Of a DNA stretch of 64,000 bases, positions 13,203 through 27,662 are shown piece by piece; the stretch's first letter is position 1, and each line of letters begins with the position of its first letter. The DNA lies in the NCBI GenBank assembly GCA_001643675.2, contig LSRY02000017.1:372001-436000 (forward strand). The letters run 5' to 3'. The position numbers and the translations under genes were made by a program. The stretch is from Monocercomonoides exilis PA203. Taxonomy: Eukaryota > Protista > Preaxostyla. Under the pieces are notes generated by a model. That model ran no database searches and was not told where the DNA came from. It was given only the letters and a program-made list of their open reading frames with translations.

Positions 13203-14529
13203 ATGGTAAGTCTTTGCATCGGAAATAGTTAAATATCCCATAATAACACGAAAAACAATAACAAAACAACTGAAATCATCAAAAGATTAAGGGAGAACAA
13301 TTTTTCCGTTTAATTCAGAATTGAACATAAAAGCAAATGAGCAGCTCTTCAAAAATCATACATCTTTATTGCTACATATGTGGACAAGGTTATGGGTCCG
13401 CCAGCATTAAAAATCATTTGAAAAGTATAAAAAATTATTTTTTCACTATTTTGGTTATATAATTTATCAAAAATTGTCAAATTTAAAGCATGCCCTGATA
13501 GATGGTTAAGTGATCAAGAAGTTTGCGGAACATTTATATTTTGATAAAAATATCAATATTTTCTATGATTAAAGCATGTTCCAATAAAACTAAGAGTTGG
13601 AATACCAGCAGCTCCAGCAGCAGAACTACCAACATCCCTGAAAGATCAAGCAAGTTTGCATTCATAAATATATTATCACAATGATTTTATTTTTCATCCT
13701 CTCATATTTACAAATAAATTGATGAAGAATGCAAAGCATGGAATGATGTTTGTATAACAAGTTAATAATATATACATCGTAATAAACGAATTGCACATTT
13801 TAGGAAGCATATGCTATTGCAATGGATAACCGAAATAAGTGCCCGTATTGCGAAAGAGGTTTCTTTTCAGATAAAATTGTTAGACATATAAACGTATGCC
13901 CAAAGAAACCGAAAAACGCAGATGTGGAAGCAGTTATGTATGGAACGAAAAAAACAACAGCAAAGCCATCATTTTTCATGTGTGGTATTTGTGGGCAGTA
14001 TGCATCAAAATATGATCAATTCCCAAATTAATTTTGAATAATATTTTTTTCAGGGAGTTTGGAACTGCTTCAATTACAATTCACCTTCCTCAATGCTTTG
14101 AAAGATTCAAAAGTGATCAAGCTTTAATGCCCGAATCCTGCAGACGACCTATTCCAGATCTTGATGCAATGATGGAAGAAATTGCAAAGATAAAAGAAGA
14201 TGGAATAATAACAAAAGCAGAATTTGAGGAACAGAGAGAAAATGCGATGAAAGCGTATAAAGAGTTAGTAAACACTTACCTATGTTTTTTAATTTTTGTT
14301 TTGATAATATTCATGTTTTAGTGGGTTAGCTACTTGTCCAAATTGCAACAGAACCTTCGAATCAGCTGCTCTTGAAAAGCATTTAAAGGGATGCAAAGTA
14401 CGCGAATTTAAATTTGGTCTCGTTGTCCAAGCACCAGACGATGATGAAGAGGAATCTGAAGAAGACGATGGAACCGGAACAAAAGGAGTTCCTGATCCTG
14501 AAGATTTAGCTGATTTGGATATGATTTAA
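13203..14529 (+). CDS. Multi-exon protein with four C2HC zinc fingers (ZNF474/ZC2HC-like)
   Basis: CYICGQGYGSASIKNHLK-xC, CPYCERGFFSDKIVRHINVC, CGICG-REFGTASITIHLPQC and CPNCNRTFESAALEKHLKGC, spread across short GT-AG introns; stop TAA at 14527-14529. Confidence 0.75.
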
Positions 14530-14807
14530 GTAAGTGCTCAATAAAGGTTAATAAAAATAGTATTTATTGGGGTTGTCTGTTAAATATATAAATATTATGA
14601 TTTGTCCAAAAAAAATCTTTAGAAATAGTATTCTTTTACTTTCAAAATGTTGCTTATAATTTTCATTTCAAACAACACTTTTATTATTGAACATGATTTT
14701 TGCTGTATATAACTTAGTAAGACTTGTTCACCAAAACAATTATGTTATCCCATTACAATTTTATTAAACGAAGGAAACAAGAAATAAAATTTTTCTTTTA
14801 CAATCAA

Positions 14808-17800
14808 ATGAATATTTATAATAGATGTTTGAAAGAAAATAGAAACTGTTTTTTACAACTGTTTTTCAAATATATTTTTGTTTTACACTTTTAAAGTGAA
14901 CATTTCTACGAATTCCAAAGAATTGCCTTTTGGAAGAAAAGCTAATGCTAATGATATTTTGACAAATCATGAACTTTATCTCATTTATGGATTTGAAGAG
15001 GCAATCACTGATTGGAGCATTTATTCCAGAAACCTTGAAAAAATTGAACAAATAATATTTCCATCTCTTACTCCAGTTATCATGCATTTTGATCGTGAAA
15101 CGCACCATTACATCGTCACTGAAAAACGTGAGGGAATGAATTTATCTGAATTACAAGATTTTTATGTCTCTTGGAATCTCAAAATTGATGAAATCGTTTG
15201 AAAAATTAACATTGTTATTTAATCGTAAAGTATTTTTTAATTATCTAAAAGTACCTGTGGAAAGCACTTGCATCGATATGTGTTTCATTACACATGCTTT
15301 TAAGTCTTGGAATAACTCATCATTTTTTATCAAAAGAAAATATATATATATCAGAAGGATCAAGTCAAATCGGTATTTATCTAATTTTAATATTTTTGGT
15401 GAATTCAGTAATTTCTTATTGAAAAACATGCAATTTTTGATGTGCATATAGACGAATGGTGGATGCACACTCTTTTTTCACAACCAGAACAGTCATATTC
15501 ACCAATGCAAGATCATTACGCTGATATTACAGCACTCGGTCAAGTGTTTTGGGAAATTCTCAATGCAAATAACTGCAAAGGCAAAACAATTATTGCAAAT
15601 GAAACACATAATTTCCGTGAACTTGTGAATTCAATGGCTTGTTACAATTATCTTTTCTGATATTTTTTTTAGAAAATGAAAATTGTTTTGGTCAATCGAT
15701 TTTTGATTATAACTTGAATTTTCATTTTATTCAAATTCTTTTTTTTTTAAGAAATCAAACCAGAAGCTTTCTGCTTGTCAAATATTGTATTCATCTCCAA
15801 TGATTGAAAAGTTGAATGAACTGAAAGAGTCCGATTGTGAATGCCAAACGATATACGAACATCTTTTGAAAATGAAAATGAAAGACGAAAATAAAAGAAA
15901 GAAGGTTCAATCTAAAGAAAAGGATGAAGCATTTCTTTTGGACGCTTCTTTTCCTGCAGCGACAGAGACTGTTGATTCATCATTATTAACATCAAAAGAT
16001 TCATTTTTTTCTTTACCAACTTTTTCAACTCCAGAAATTTCTATTTCAAGCCATGACAATTCATTTCGGATGGTTTGCTATTCCATTCAGATTCCATTTA
16101 AATAATTGTTGGAGTCTATTTACTTTTTATCAAATATTTTTTTCCTATTTTCAATTTTCGATTTTCTTTTTTTGTTTTTATTTTTTTATTTTCCAATTTA
16201 TTTTGCTTTCATCAACCATTCTCTTTTCAATTCCACTTTTTGTTTTGTTTTATTTCCTCTTTCTCTCTCTCTCTTTGTGACATGGGATATTTCAGCGAAG
16301 CAAACTCTTCCGAAGGCTGAGAGGAATCAGAAAGGAAGCTCTGAAAAGACATCGTCTTGAACAGTCAGATTTACTACCAATAAACAGCGCAGCAGCAATT
16401 GACAGCACAAACACTGCTCTTTGCCCTTCTTCTTCTTCTTCTTCTTTATCATCATCATCTTCATATTCATTGAATCCATCTCTCAACGAGTCCTTGTTCC
16501 GCCAAAAGCTGAAAGCTTTCAAAGAAGAAGAAAAAGCCATTGAAGATCAGCTAATTGTGATTCGAGTGGAAAGTATGAAAAACATAAGCTGTTATACTGT
16601 TGAATTTGCTGTTTTTATTTATTTTGAATTTCACATTATTTTTTGCATTATTTTTTTTTTGCAAGTTATAATCGTTTATTCCTTTTTGATTATCAATTAC
16701 ATCCTTTTTCCTTTTTCCTTTTCCTTCTTCTTCGTTAATCTCTCTACTCTCTCTCTCTCTCTCTCTCTCTACTCTACTCTACTCTACTCTACTCTACTCT
16801 ACTCTACTCTACTCTACTCTACTCTACTCTACTCTACTCTACTCTACTCTACTCTACTCTACTCTACTCTACTCTACTCTACTCTACTCTACTCTACTCT
16901 ACTCTACTCTACTCTACTCTACTCTACTCTACTCTACTCTACTCTACTCTACTCTACTCTACTCTACTCTACTCTACTCTACTCTACTCTACTCTACTCT
17001 ACTCTACTCTACTCTACTCTACTCTACTCTACTCTACTCTACTCTACTCTACTCTACTCTACTCTACTCTACTCTACTCTACTCTACTCTACTCTACTCT
17101 ACTCTACTCTACTCTACTCTACTCTACTCTACTCTACTCTACTCTACTCTACTCTACTCTACTCTACTCTACTCTACTCTACTCTACTCTACTCTCTCTC
17201 TCCCACACTCTCTCTGCTCTCTACTTTCCATCACAGAATATGCGTCTTATTTGAATTCCTGCCAAACACTTTCAGAGGCCGAGTCCCGAGTCAACCAGCT
17301 GCGCAGCCACATTCAGCTGCCTTCAACTGGCTCAGCAGAATCAGCAAGTGGAAACAAATCCAAAATGAATGACAAATCCAAATCCAAAGACAAAACAGCA
17401 GAAAAGCGCAATTCGACTACCACATCCTCACAGAAACCTGCATCACAAAACAACGATTCATCCTCCTCAGATGCTGACAGCGCCAGCAGCACAGCCCGCC
17501 AGCGGATGTTAGATCTCATTGAGCGGAAGAAGAACCTGATTGCCGAAGGCGGCGTCCTCAGCACGCTCAGCCGGCTCGTCGCTGACTGGAACGAGCGTGT
17601 GCCCATTCTCTGGTCTCCAGTCAAAGCAGCTGCTGAATTTCTGTGTGAGCTGCTGTCTGAAAAGACAGAATTTGCAGTGCGCTTTGTGAAGAACAGCATC
17701 CACACACAACTCGCACAGGCTGGGATGAAGCTGGTGAAGGCTGTTGGGAAGGAGAAAAGAGAGATTTCATTCCTCGAAGGCAATGTGGACTCGTTCACTG

Positions 17801-20800
17801 AACATAGTGGAGACAAAGAAGAAGACAAGACAGTTGTATCTGCTTCATCATCATCTTCTTCTTCTTCAATTTTATCTCCTTATGGGATTCTTTCATCTTC
17901 CTCTCCCCCTTCGCGCAGTCTTGCATCCTGTATGCGTGCGGCCAGTCTGAAAGAGAAGCAGGCACAAATCAGCCGCATTGAAGAGCAGATCAAAGGCGAA
18001 GAGAAGTCGCTGGAAGGAATCATACGCTGCCTCTACCAAATGTCGTATCTTCTTCCCACGAAGCTCATTCTGGAGTTTGCCAGTGATGATGTGCTGGAAT
18101 TCTTTGCGAGCTGTTGCTTGTCTCAGAATCGGATTAATGTGCATCATTCACTCACAGCGCTGTACAACATCGTTGCACTCACAAACGAGATCAGCTGTGC
18201 TGACTATGAAAAGGAAAAGGAAAAGCAGAAGCAAAAGAACAAAAGGGATGAAGCAGAAGAAGAGGATCATTTGCTCCATCCACCTTCATTGGAGCCTGAA
18301 AAAGAGGATAATGTCGTCGACTGCTTAACACATACAGACAGTTCTCAGCATTGTCTCTTCGATCTGTTTGAAAGAAACCGATGGACAAGCAGGATATTGT
18401 CAACACACGGTGTGGGCTGCCACAAGGAAGAGGCGTCTTCGGCAGCACTTTTATTGAGCTTTCTGCACAAACACAAAGCGATCAGCGCTTCTTTCAGGCC
18501 AGTTGTGTCGACGCTTGTGAGGATGCATGTGTCAGATGATGTGTGGCAGAGGGTGACTGCTTCACGCGCGATGAAGCTGCTGGGAACGACTGAGGGAAAC
18601 TGGAAGATATTGACGATGGTTTCTGGCGAAGATGAGTTGGCGAAGTTGTTGAGGTATGTGCCGATATTTAAAAATGTTTTTTTTTAAGAAAAAATTGGAT
18701 GATTTATTTGAATTGTGATATCTAATATTTTTTCTAAATGAAAATTACTTTCTAATAAAATTGAATCTTATCTTACTCGTCAACAGATCTCCAGATGCAG
18801 TTGATATAAACAACGCACTCTTCGGCTTGTCTTCACTGGAGCTTAGCTGTTTCAGCAATTTGTGCACCTCGTTCTCCAAACCCGGTGGTGTTTCTGCCTC
18901 GCTTCTCAATCTTCTTATTCCTGGGAACCAAAAGCTGTCCAGCCAGCTATGCTTCCACGCTTCTGGGTTTGCGCCATTTTCCTCATTCAAAATGAGCAAC
19001 GATGGCTCTGACTGGCCGCTCTATTTGCTGGACGATCTGGGAAGCGGGCTGTCTGAAGCAGAAAGCGCAGAGTTTATTGGCTTATTGACACAGAAAATGG
19101 ACATCACGGAAGAGAATTCAGCCTCTGGAGCTGCTTGTTCAGGAAATCAAACAGATTCGCAGGCAAAAGGAACTTCGAAGAAACAAACAAAAAATTTGAT
19201 TGATAACTCTTCGATTTCATCGTCAGTTGCCATTCTGAAGCTGTTGGTTGTTATTGCTTTGAACAGCACCGAAGCTTCCAGCACAATTTTAGACAGAAAA
19301 ACATCTGCACAACTCATCCAGCTTCTATTGAACTGGGGAAATGAATACTTAGGCGGTGAAGACACACTCAGCATTACAGATGAATCAGATGCTTCAACAT
19401 TTGGAGAAAAGAAAGGAGATGAACTTCACTTTGCGTTTTCTTCGAACGCTCTGATTTCTGCTTCAGCTTCTTCTGCCCCGTTGACAGATGATGAAGAAGA
19501 GTCAACAGCCACTTCTACAGAGACCGTTTCTGATGCTTCAACATTGCTTTGTGCAGCCGCCTCTGCTTTGAAGTGCTCTTCTACTGAATCTCCAACCAGT
19601 TCAAATCATTCTGTTTCAAAGACCAATCAGCATCATTCACACCAGCCACACAAACGCAGAATTGAGCTGCTTCTGTTGACTCGCTTTGTTTCTCTGTCTC
19701 TTCGCTATCTTCCTTCAAACACCAGTTTTTCTTCTCTGCTCCAGACTCTTGTGTATGTATTCCTCCGTATGGCCTCTGCCACACATAACTCGACTGATGC
19801 TGCTATTTTCGCACAGCCAGCCCTTTTGCTTCTTCGGTTCTTTTTCTCTTCGCTTTATGCCACAAACAAGCGTGTCAGTACGCTCAGACAGTCAGACGAT
19901 GATTCAGCAGAGAATTCTTCCTTTGACGAAGAGCAGTCGTGCAATCGAGAAGCAAACACATACAAAAACAGCTATTCGATGACTGGCAATTCGACTGTGC
20001 CTCTTAACCCGTCCTCTAATTCTGCGTCATCTTCGAACACATCAGCGTCTTTGGCTTCTTTCCTGGCTTCTTCTGCAGCACATTCACAGACTAATCATTT
20101 CGAGCCATTCAATTCAAAAGATAATCAAAAGATGGATTCATTTGGATCAAGCTCTCCATCAACAGAAAATTCGTCTGCTCAATCTTCATCTAATGACTCA
20201 TCCCAAACTGCTCAATTAATCATGAATTTCCCTTCTCCACTTCGCAACAGCCGCATTCCATTATTAGCAAAAACAGAGAAACAGGATCTAAAAGATAAAA
20301 AGATCTCATCATCCGATATATCTGATCGCATTGATATGAAGATAAAAATTGATAAAGATGCAAATGATTCCAACAGCAAAATAACTATTAAAGGAGCAAA
20401 TGAACAAGAAGAACTACAAAAGAATATCAAGGAGGCACAAATAGACAGAACTCATTCATTTTTTGGAGATTCCTTCGATGTTAATTGGAATAATGCACTG
20501 AAAGGGATGCTGCTGACTCGTGCTGAAGAACAAGAAATTGAGGAAAGCGGACCAGCAATCATCAGAAATGTGATGAAAGAAGATCAAAATAAAGGCAACT
20601 TGAATGCAGCATGGGCACTTTTGTTCTGCTCACAGAGTTCTGGTGTGATTTTTTTGCTTTTAAAAAGTTTTTTTGATTTATTCAGCAACTTATTTTTGAA
20701 CTTAATATTTATCGTGCCTTTTATTTTTCTGCAAACATTTTTTTCCTCTGAAAGAAACAGCAAAGTTATTAACGAAACCTCCAATTTTATCAGAGTTACT

Positions 20801-21300
20801 AAGATATGCAAAGTGTGCAATTTTTTATATTTTCATCAAAGTTTATTTTTTCAACACATTATATTTTTAAACAATCTTACCATTTATTTGTCATCTATTT
20901 CAATGCTGCGCTTCTTCATTTGTTCGACAACAGAAAAATTGACCATTCAACGACTACCACACAATTGTATCTGATGTTCGTAACTCTTCTTCTTCTCTTG
21001 CAACACAACACATCAGACGAGGAAATGCAGCCCAAAGACAAAGAAGCCCTTTTAGACATGCTGTTTGAATGGGATTTGATGCAAAACCTGGAGGAGTTCA
21101 AAGAATGGGTTATTTTTGTTGGAAACCAAAATATTAAGTTTGGATTCCATGACGATTCCAAAGACAAACCCGAAGCTGATGATTGTGGTTCGGCTTCAGG
21201 AGATTGTAAGTTTTCTGAATTTTGTTATCCGTTTCCGTTTGTCCTGAAAGCGTCTCCTTTCCTTTTTGACCTTGTGCTTCAAGTTTTGCCCCCAGTTTAG
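14808..21300 (+). CDS. Large multi-exon gene: N-terminal pseudokinase (NEK-like) followed by helical/ARM-like and low-complexity regions
   Basis: Kinase-like subdomains YIVTEKREGMNL, LWKALASICVSLHML..GITHHFLSKENIYI, SQPEQ..ADITALGQVFWEIL and FRELVNSM. In-phase splice joins were checked at 16296, 16572/17237 and 18653/18787. The start and the last exons are approximate. Confidence 0.55.
16771..17195. repeat. Perfect (ACTCT)85 pentanucleotide microsatellite inside an intron (16573-17236), flanked by (CT)n
   Basis: Directly visible tandem array. Confidence 0.97.
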
Positions 21301-21667
21301 ACAATTCTTTTTGTGTTCAAATGTTATTTTATTTTATTTTATTTTATTTTATTTTATTGTTTGATTAATTCTTTGAACAAAAATTGAGAAAATTTTTTTC
21401 AAAAACGAAAAGAATAAACAAAAAAAGCCAAAAAAAAAAAAAAATTAAATTGACAAATTCATAATTATATAACATTCTGATTTGAGTAATAGGTCTAACA
21501 ATTATTAACAGAGAATGCCGCATTCTAAAAACACGTATGCACACAATAATCCCTGGCTTTTTCTATCAATGCCATTGCACACAACTTCATTGAACCAAAT
21601 TTTAATTGGGTGCAGGTTGGGCGAATGAAAACTCGAATTAATTTAGAAGATCAAATAATTCATTATC

Positions 21668-23347
21668 TCAGACCCATGGCTTCCCAAACATAAGCTTTAT
21701 GCTGCTATCAACAATTTCTGTTGACTCTCGTGGAGCTGATTTTGATCGCCTAAGCTGTTTTTCCAGCCGGGCAAGGTACAAGCTGTGTGCCGTTTTTGGT
21801 GTTTTCATCGGAGACTGTGTTGCATCATTCACTGAGAGATTGCTCGCACCATCTTCACTTCCTGATCCCATTGCGGATCTGACTGGGGTTGAGACAAGAG
21901 AGCCTGCAATGTCAATGTGCTGTATGGAGTTAAACAGAGGATTAGAAGGAGACTCTGCAGACGACGAAGTTGATGGCAAAGCAGATAAAGATGCTTCTCC
22001 ACAAGAAGTTGAGGAAGTGGGTGTAGATATCGGATGGTCGAAGGAGGGTGCAGAAAACTGCTTTGCTGGAGTTTGAGTTGAAGAAGAAGGCAATGAAGTG
22101 TGAAGAGGTAGGTTTGGTGTGGTGGATGATCCAGTACGATAACTCACACTTGGCTGTGGAACAGTTTTGAAAGGGCCTGAGATTGCTTGGCTACGAAATG
22201 CATATGGACGTGTAAGTGAGCGCGCTTCTGTTGATAATGGCAGAGTTAGCAGAGAAGACGAATAAGATGATTTCGGGAATGAAATGGGTGTGGTGGAGGT
22301 GGTAGCATGAATGAACGGTGATGTGCCAAAGCGAGCTGTGGAGTCCAAATAAGAAGAATTATGAAACAATGATGGACGAAACATCGGAGATTGAAGATAA
22401 GGTGATCGGGGTTGAAATGCAGTTGAGAATCTTGTAAAGGCGAATGAGGAAGGGCTCTTTTGAGACTTCTCCATCAGTCTATTCATGGTCAGAGAAGACT
22501 GAAGCAGAGAAGATGTCTTTAGTGATGTGGCGAGGGGCCCTGATATGGATGTAGATATTTGAGGTGTGGGATAAACAGCTTCCAACTGTTCAAGAATTGG
22601 AGGAGGAGTTCGGCATCTTCGTCCTTTAGGATCGGGTGGGAAAAATGCCGGACAACCCAAATGATGTTGTAGTGTTGGAGTTGTACTAAGACGAGGAGAA
22701 AATAAGGGCGCGTATTGCGATGGAAAGGCAAGAGTCGTTCGGTGTTGAACTGGACTTTTCGTTGAAAGATGTAGAGAAGAAGAATTGTTCAGGGGAGGTT
22801 CCTTTTCAAAAATGGAAATTTGCTGCTCATTTAAAAGCGCAGGGAATTGCATAGGAGCTTTTTCCTTAAATTCCTGACTATACCCAATCAATTTTTGAAG
22901 TTTATCAGATATTGGACTGTTTGATAATTTATTTCTTTGAACAAGAGAATCCACGCAATTGATAAACTGTTGTTTCAATATTTGAAGATTATTCCCGCAA
23001 GTCTTTTAAACATTTTTTCAACAAAAATTCAATTCAAAAATATATCAAGCTGAAAAATAACTAACTATTAAACTGGAAAATGAGGATTCTTGCTCTGTAA
23101 GAAACTTGTCGATTTCCAGTAGCTGTTTATGCATGCGCGTAAAAGTCTGTGCTGTTAAACGAAAAGAGGCTATTCTGTCGGAATCTTTAATCAAAGCAGA
23201 AAATTCGTTTAATCAATTTAAATGAAAAATCTAACCATTTCGGAAAGTCATCATTTCAGTTATATGTTTGAGTGCCTGGCGTGTATCATTTATAAATGCT
23301 TCTTTAAGTTTTAGAATTCTTTCTGCTCTTTCAGCCAAGGTATTCAT
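21668..23347 (-). CDS. Hypothetical protein: short N-terminal coiled-coil followed by a long S/P/T-rich disordered tail (3 exons)
   Basis: ORFs 23231-23461 and 21668-22978 are linked through a small exon (~23062-23186) by GT-AG introns. The start could alternatively be 23461. Confidence 0.55.
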
Positions 23348-23489
23348 CAGCAAACAACTTGACCTGGTGAACTGCAATATATGGGTCACGATCAATCGCT
23401 TCTTTCCAAACGAAACACTTTTTTCTATAGTCGGATATTGTAGTAAAAAATGTATGCCCATGTTATAATTTTTGTGTGCTTAACAGAAA

Positions 23490-24093
23490 ATGATATATTT
23501 GTGTCAATATTCTTCCAGGGAGTCAACAACTGCGAATGTTATGTGTCAATTCTTTCGTGTAAATAGAAATCGGTCAACCGATTTAGTTTATTTGACTTGT
23601 CCGAAGGAGGTGCTCGGTTGGTGTTTTTGATGTATTCTTGCGGCGTCACGGGTTCAAGAAGCTTCCGATGACCGCTTCTGTTCCCGTTTTTTTCCAGGAG
23701 GAAGCAACGAAGCAGACGGAGGCTCATTTGGTGATTGGAATGGAAACAAGAAATGATGAAAACGTTCTCACCTCCCGCTGGACGGCTTCTGCCGTTGAAG
23801 TGGAAGAAGACGATGATTCTCATCTTGAACTTGTTTTGCATTCTTTTCTTCAAATGCAAGGTAAGTCTACAATGTTACTACTCATGGAACTTGGGCAATA
23901 TTTAGAATGCACCAAGGCTATGGTCATCGTCCCGGATCTGAAATCAGAGCATAAGGCGGACAAGTTTGCGGCAGTTCTTGCCAGCCATGGATTTCAACGG
24001 GCAAAAGATGCTGAAAAAACTCCAACTACGTTATATATGCTTTATAACTACCCACTTGCGACTTCTTCAGCTTTATCTACTGCATCATCATAA
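23490..24093 (+). CDS. OAZ: Ornithine decarboxylase antizyme, expressed by +1 programmed ribosomal frameshift (ORF1 23490-23630, ORF2 23629-24093; ~200 aa fusion)
   Basis: ORF1 (46 aa) ends GGT TGG TGT TTT TGA (G-W-C-F-stop). The +1 frame continues DVFLRRHG... into the antizyme domain: GKSTMLLLMELGQYLECTKAMVIV...KFAAVLASHGF...LYMLY. Confidence 0.85.
23619..23631 (+). other. +1 ribosomal frameshift site TGG-TGT-TTT-TGA-T
   Basis: Matches the antizyme shift-site context (vertebrate TGG TGC TCC TGA T; a UUU-UGA variant is known from nematodes). Confidence 0.85.
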
Positions 24094-24615
24094 TATACTT
24101 TAACTTAAAGCCTTCCATTTTTTTTTTTCATTCACTTTTATTTTTTTATGAAGCTTGTATACCACTTTTTTTCTGTATATTTTTATTGGTTGTCAAAAGT
24201 TTTTGCTTTTGCTTTTGCTTTTGTTTTAATTTTTTACAGAAATTCTTTATTCTTTCTTTTTCTATTGATTTTTTTTTATTGATAATTATATAAAAATGGC
24301 TTTTTTTATTAGAAGTTGAAATGACTGCGCATTCCAATTAAAATGATTTAAAAATAATTCACATTCAAATGTTGAATTTTTTTTTAAAAGTTTTTAATTT
24401 TGAAAGGAAATTTTTATTGCAAAAAAGGATCAAAATATTAAGAAAAATGAGTCATTGAAAAATGCAAACATTAGAAGTGACGAAGTGAAAATCAAATAGA
24501 TAGATATATAATATATTATCATAAATGAAGTGATGGAACCTCTTTCGAAATTGATACTTTATTAAAACAGAGAAAAGTTACGGTAGTTCGAAAACTTTTG
24601 CAAGTTATGATTTAT

Positions 24616-25571
<956 letters not shown>

Positions 25572-25790
25572 TTGTCCAAATAACCGATTGTGAATGTGAT
25601 TTCCTTACGTTATGGAAATGAATTGATCGAACAAAAATTTAGAGTAATAAATCGAAAATAATTTTCATTTCTCTTTTCACGTTCAATTTCCGTTTTTGAA
25701 AACAAAAAAAAATATTCTGCTAACGATTAAAATTTGCCCTTAATTAAAAGGAATTTTTTATTTTCTTTGCAAATACAAAGTGTGTTTGCA

Positions 25791-27308
25791 ATGACAGATA
25801 TTCAAATTCGTGTTAAAACGCTTGGGGGAGAAACAATGTATATTATTGTTAACCAAGAAATGACTATTAAGCAGCTTAAAGAAATTATCGAAGAGAAAAT
25901 GAATATTCCCATCCCTGAGCAAAGACTTATTTTTGGAGGTCGAATTCCAAAGGATGAATTAACCATAAAAGAAGCAGGCATGTACTTTTGTAAATGCTAT
26001 AATTTATTTTGTACTGATTTTTTATTTCAGATATTATTGAAGATTCTTGTGTAACTATTTTAAGATCTACAGCATCACCAAAAATTAAATCATCAGAGAA
26101 AACTGAAAGAAAAGAAGAAAGTTCGAGTCTTGATGATGAAAGTCAAGATGGTACTTCTCAATCTGACCAGAATCTTTCGGAAGCTGCACTTAATCAATAC
26201 AAAGGAATAGTTATTCCTGAGAAATATTTTGAATCGCAAAATTCGTTCAATGGTACATATTTTTACATATTAATTCGTTTTTATTTTGTTCTCAGATTTT
26301 CTTGCTTCGGATTCTTTTCAGAGTATTCTTGATACTCCTTTTATGCAGCAACTATTAGATAACGAAGAAGCTTTAGGAACAATGTTCGCTTCAAACCCTG
26401 GATTTAAACAACTTCTGGAATCTGATCCTGAAATGAGCGCAATTTTCAGAAATCCAGAAGTGATGAGACAAATGTCACAGATTATGAAAAACCCTGCCCT
26501 ATTTAAAGAAATGATCAGGCATTCAGACGCAGTTCAAAGACAATTGGAGACAACCCCAGGAGGATTCCATTATCTCGAGCAAATGTATCACGATCTACAA
26601 GAACCTGTTTTTGATTCTTTGGAGAAGCAGCAGCAATCTCTTTTTGGTGGTTTTAATTCTGAAAAGAAAGAAGACGAAGAGGAGTATGAAAGAAAACGAC
26701 AAGAAAGAATCAAGGAAAGTGAAAAAGGAGTTCCACTTGTGAATCCTTGGGGAAGCAGAAACAAAGGGAAGACAACGAGCATGGGAGGCATGGATGGTTA
26801 TTCATATCCAGACCAAGCCGCTGGGGCAGCAAAACCATATGCTTACAATCCATTTATGGGCGGATGGCCTATGATGCCATTTGCACAGCAGCCGTCTGGC
26901 AGCTCAGGCGCTGCGCCTGGGATGCAGACAGGAGCACCGTTTGGAGCACCGTTTGGAGCACCATTTGGAGCACAGTCTTTCACTTCACAGCCTGCGATGC
27001 CCTCAGCTTTTCAAGCCACTCCTTCACATGGCGGTTCTGCCCCAGCCCAGAAAGCTCCTTCTGCGCCAACACAGCCAGTTCCATCAAGTGCTCCAACTGC
27101 TCTTCCTATGATGCTCCCAACAATGAAAAATCTTACTGATGCTGAGCTAGGTGCTCTCAAGACAAAGTATGCCAAAGAGCTGGAGACTCTTCATATGCTT
27201 GGATTTGTGGACGACAGGCTTAACGTGCAAATTCTTGATGCTTCAAATGGAAGCATTTCGATTACAGTGGAAAAATTGTACTTGCTTAGTGGAGGAATGG
27301 GAATTTAA
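25791..27308 (+). CDS. Ubiquilin/Dsk2-like protein (UBL-STI1-UBA)
   Basis: N-terminal UBL (IQIRVKTLGG..TIKQLKEII..IPIPEQRLIFGG), STI1 repeats (NPEVMRQ..KNPALFKEM), LETTPGG and NPW motifs, C-terminal UBA (YAKELETLHMLGF..N..L..SNGSI..VEKL). Confidence 0.88.
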
Positions 27309-27449
27309 AAGATGAAGAAAAGATTCTAAATCTTTGTTTTTTTTAATATAGTATGGATTACGATTAATATATTTGTATATTAAAAAGTATGTAATAATGT
27401 GTAATTTTCCACCTCATATATATTCATTTCTTTCAAAATTGAGACATTC

Positions 27450-27486
<37 letters not shown>

Positions 27487-27662
27487 CCAATTCCTGTCAA
27501 AATATAAATCTATTTTAGAAAAAACATTTTTTCGGATATGAATGCAACATTACTAACTTATTGTTTTCAATTTTTCTCTAACATGTTAGCATTAATTTTG
27601 TTAACAGTAACAATTTATCTTTCAGTTATGGTTAACTGATCAACTATCTGAAAGAGAAAGAG

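Noticed and set aside
16470-17372. 300-aa ORF with (LLYST)n repeats
   Set aside because: It is read-through of an intronic (ACTCT)n microsatellite; the flanking exons splice in phase around it.
21668-23347. Ska3-like kinetochore protein call
   Set aside because: Only the general architecture (coiled coil plus SP/TP-rich tail) fits; no diagnostic motif was recognised.
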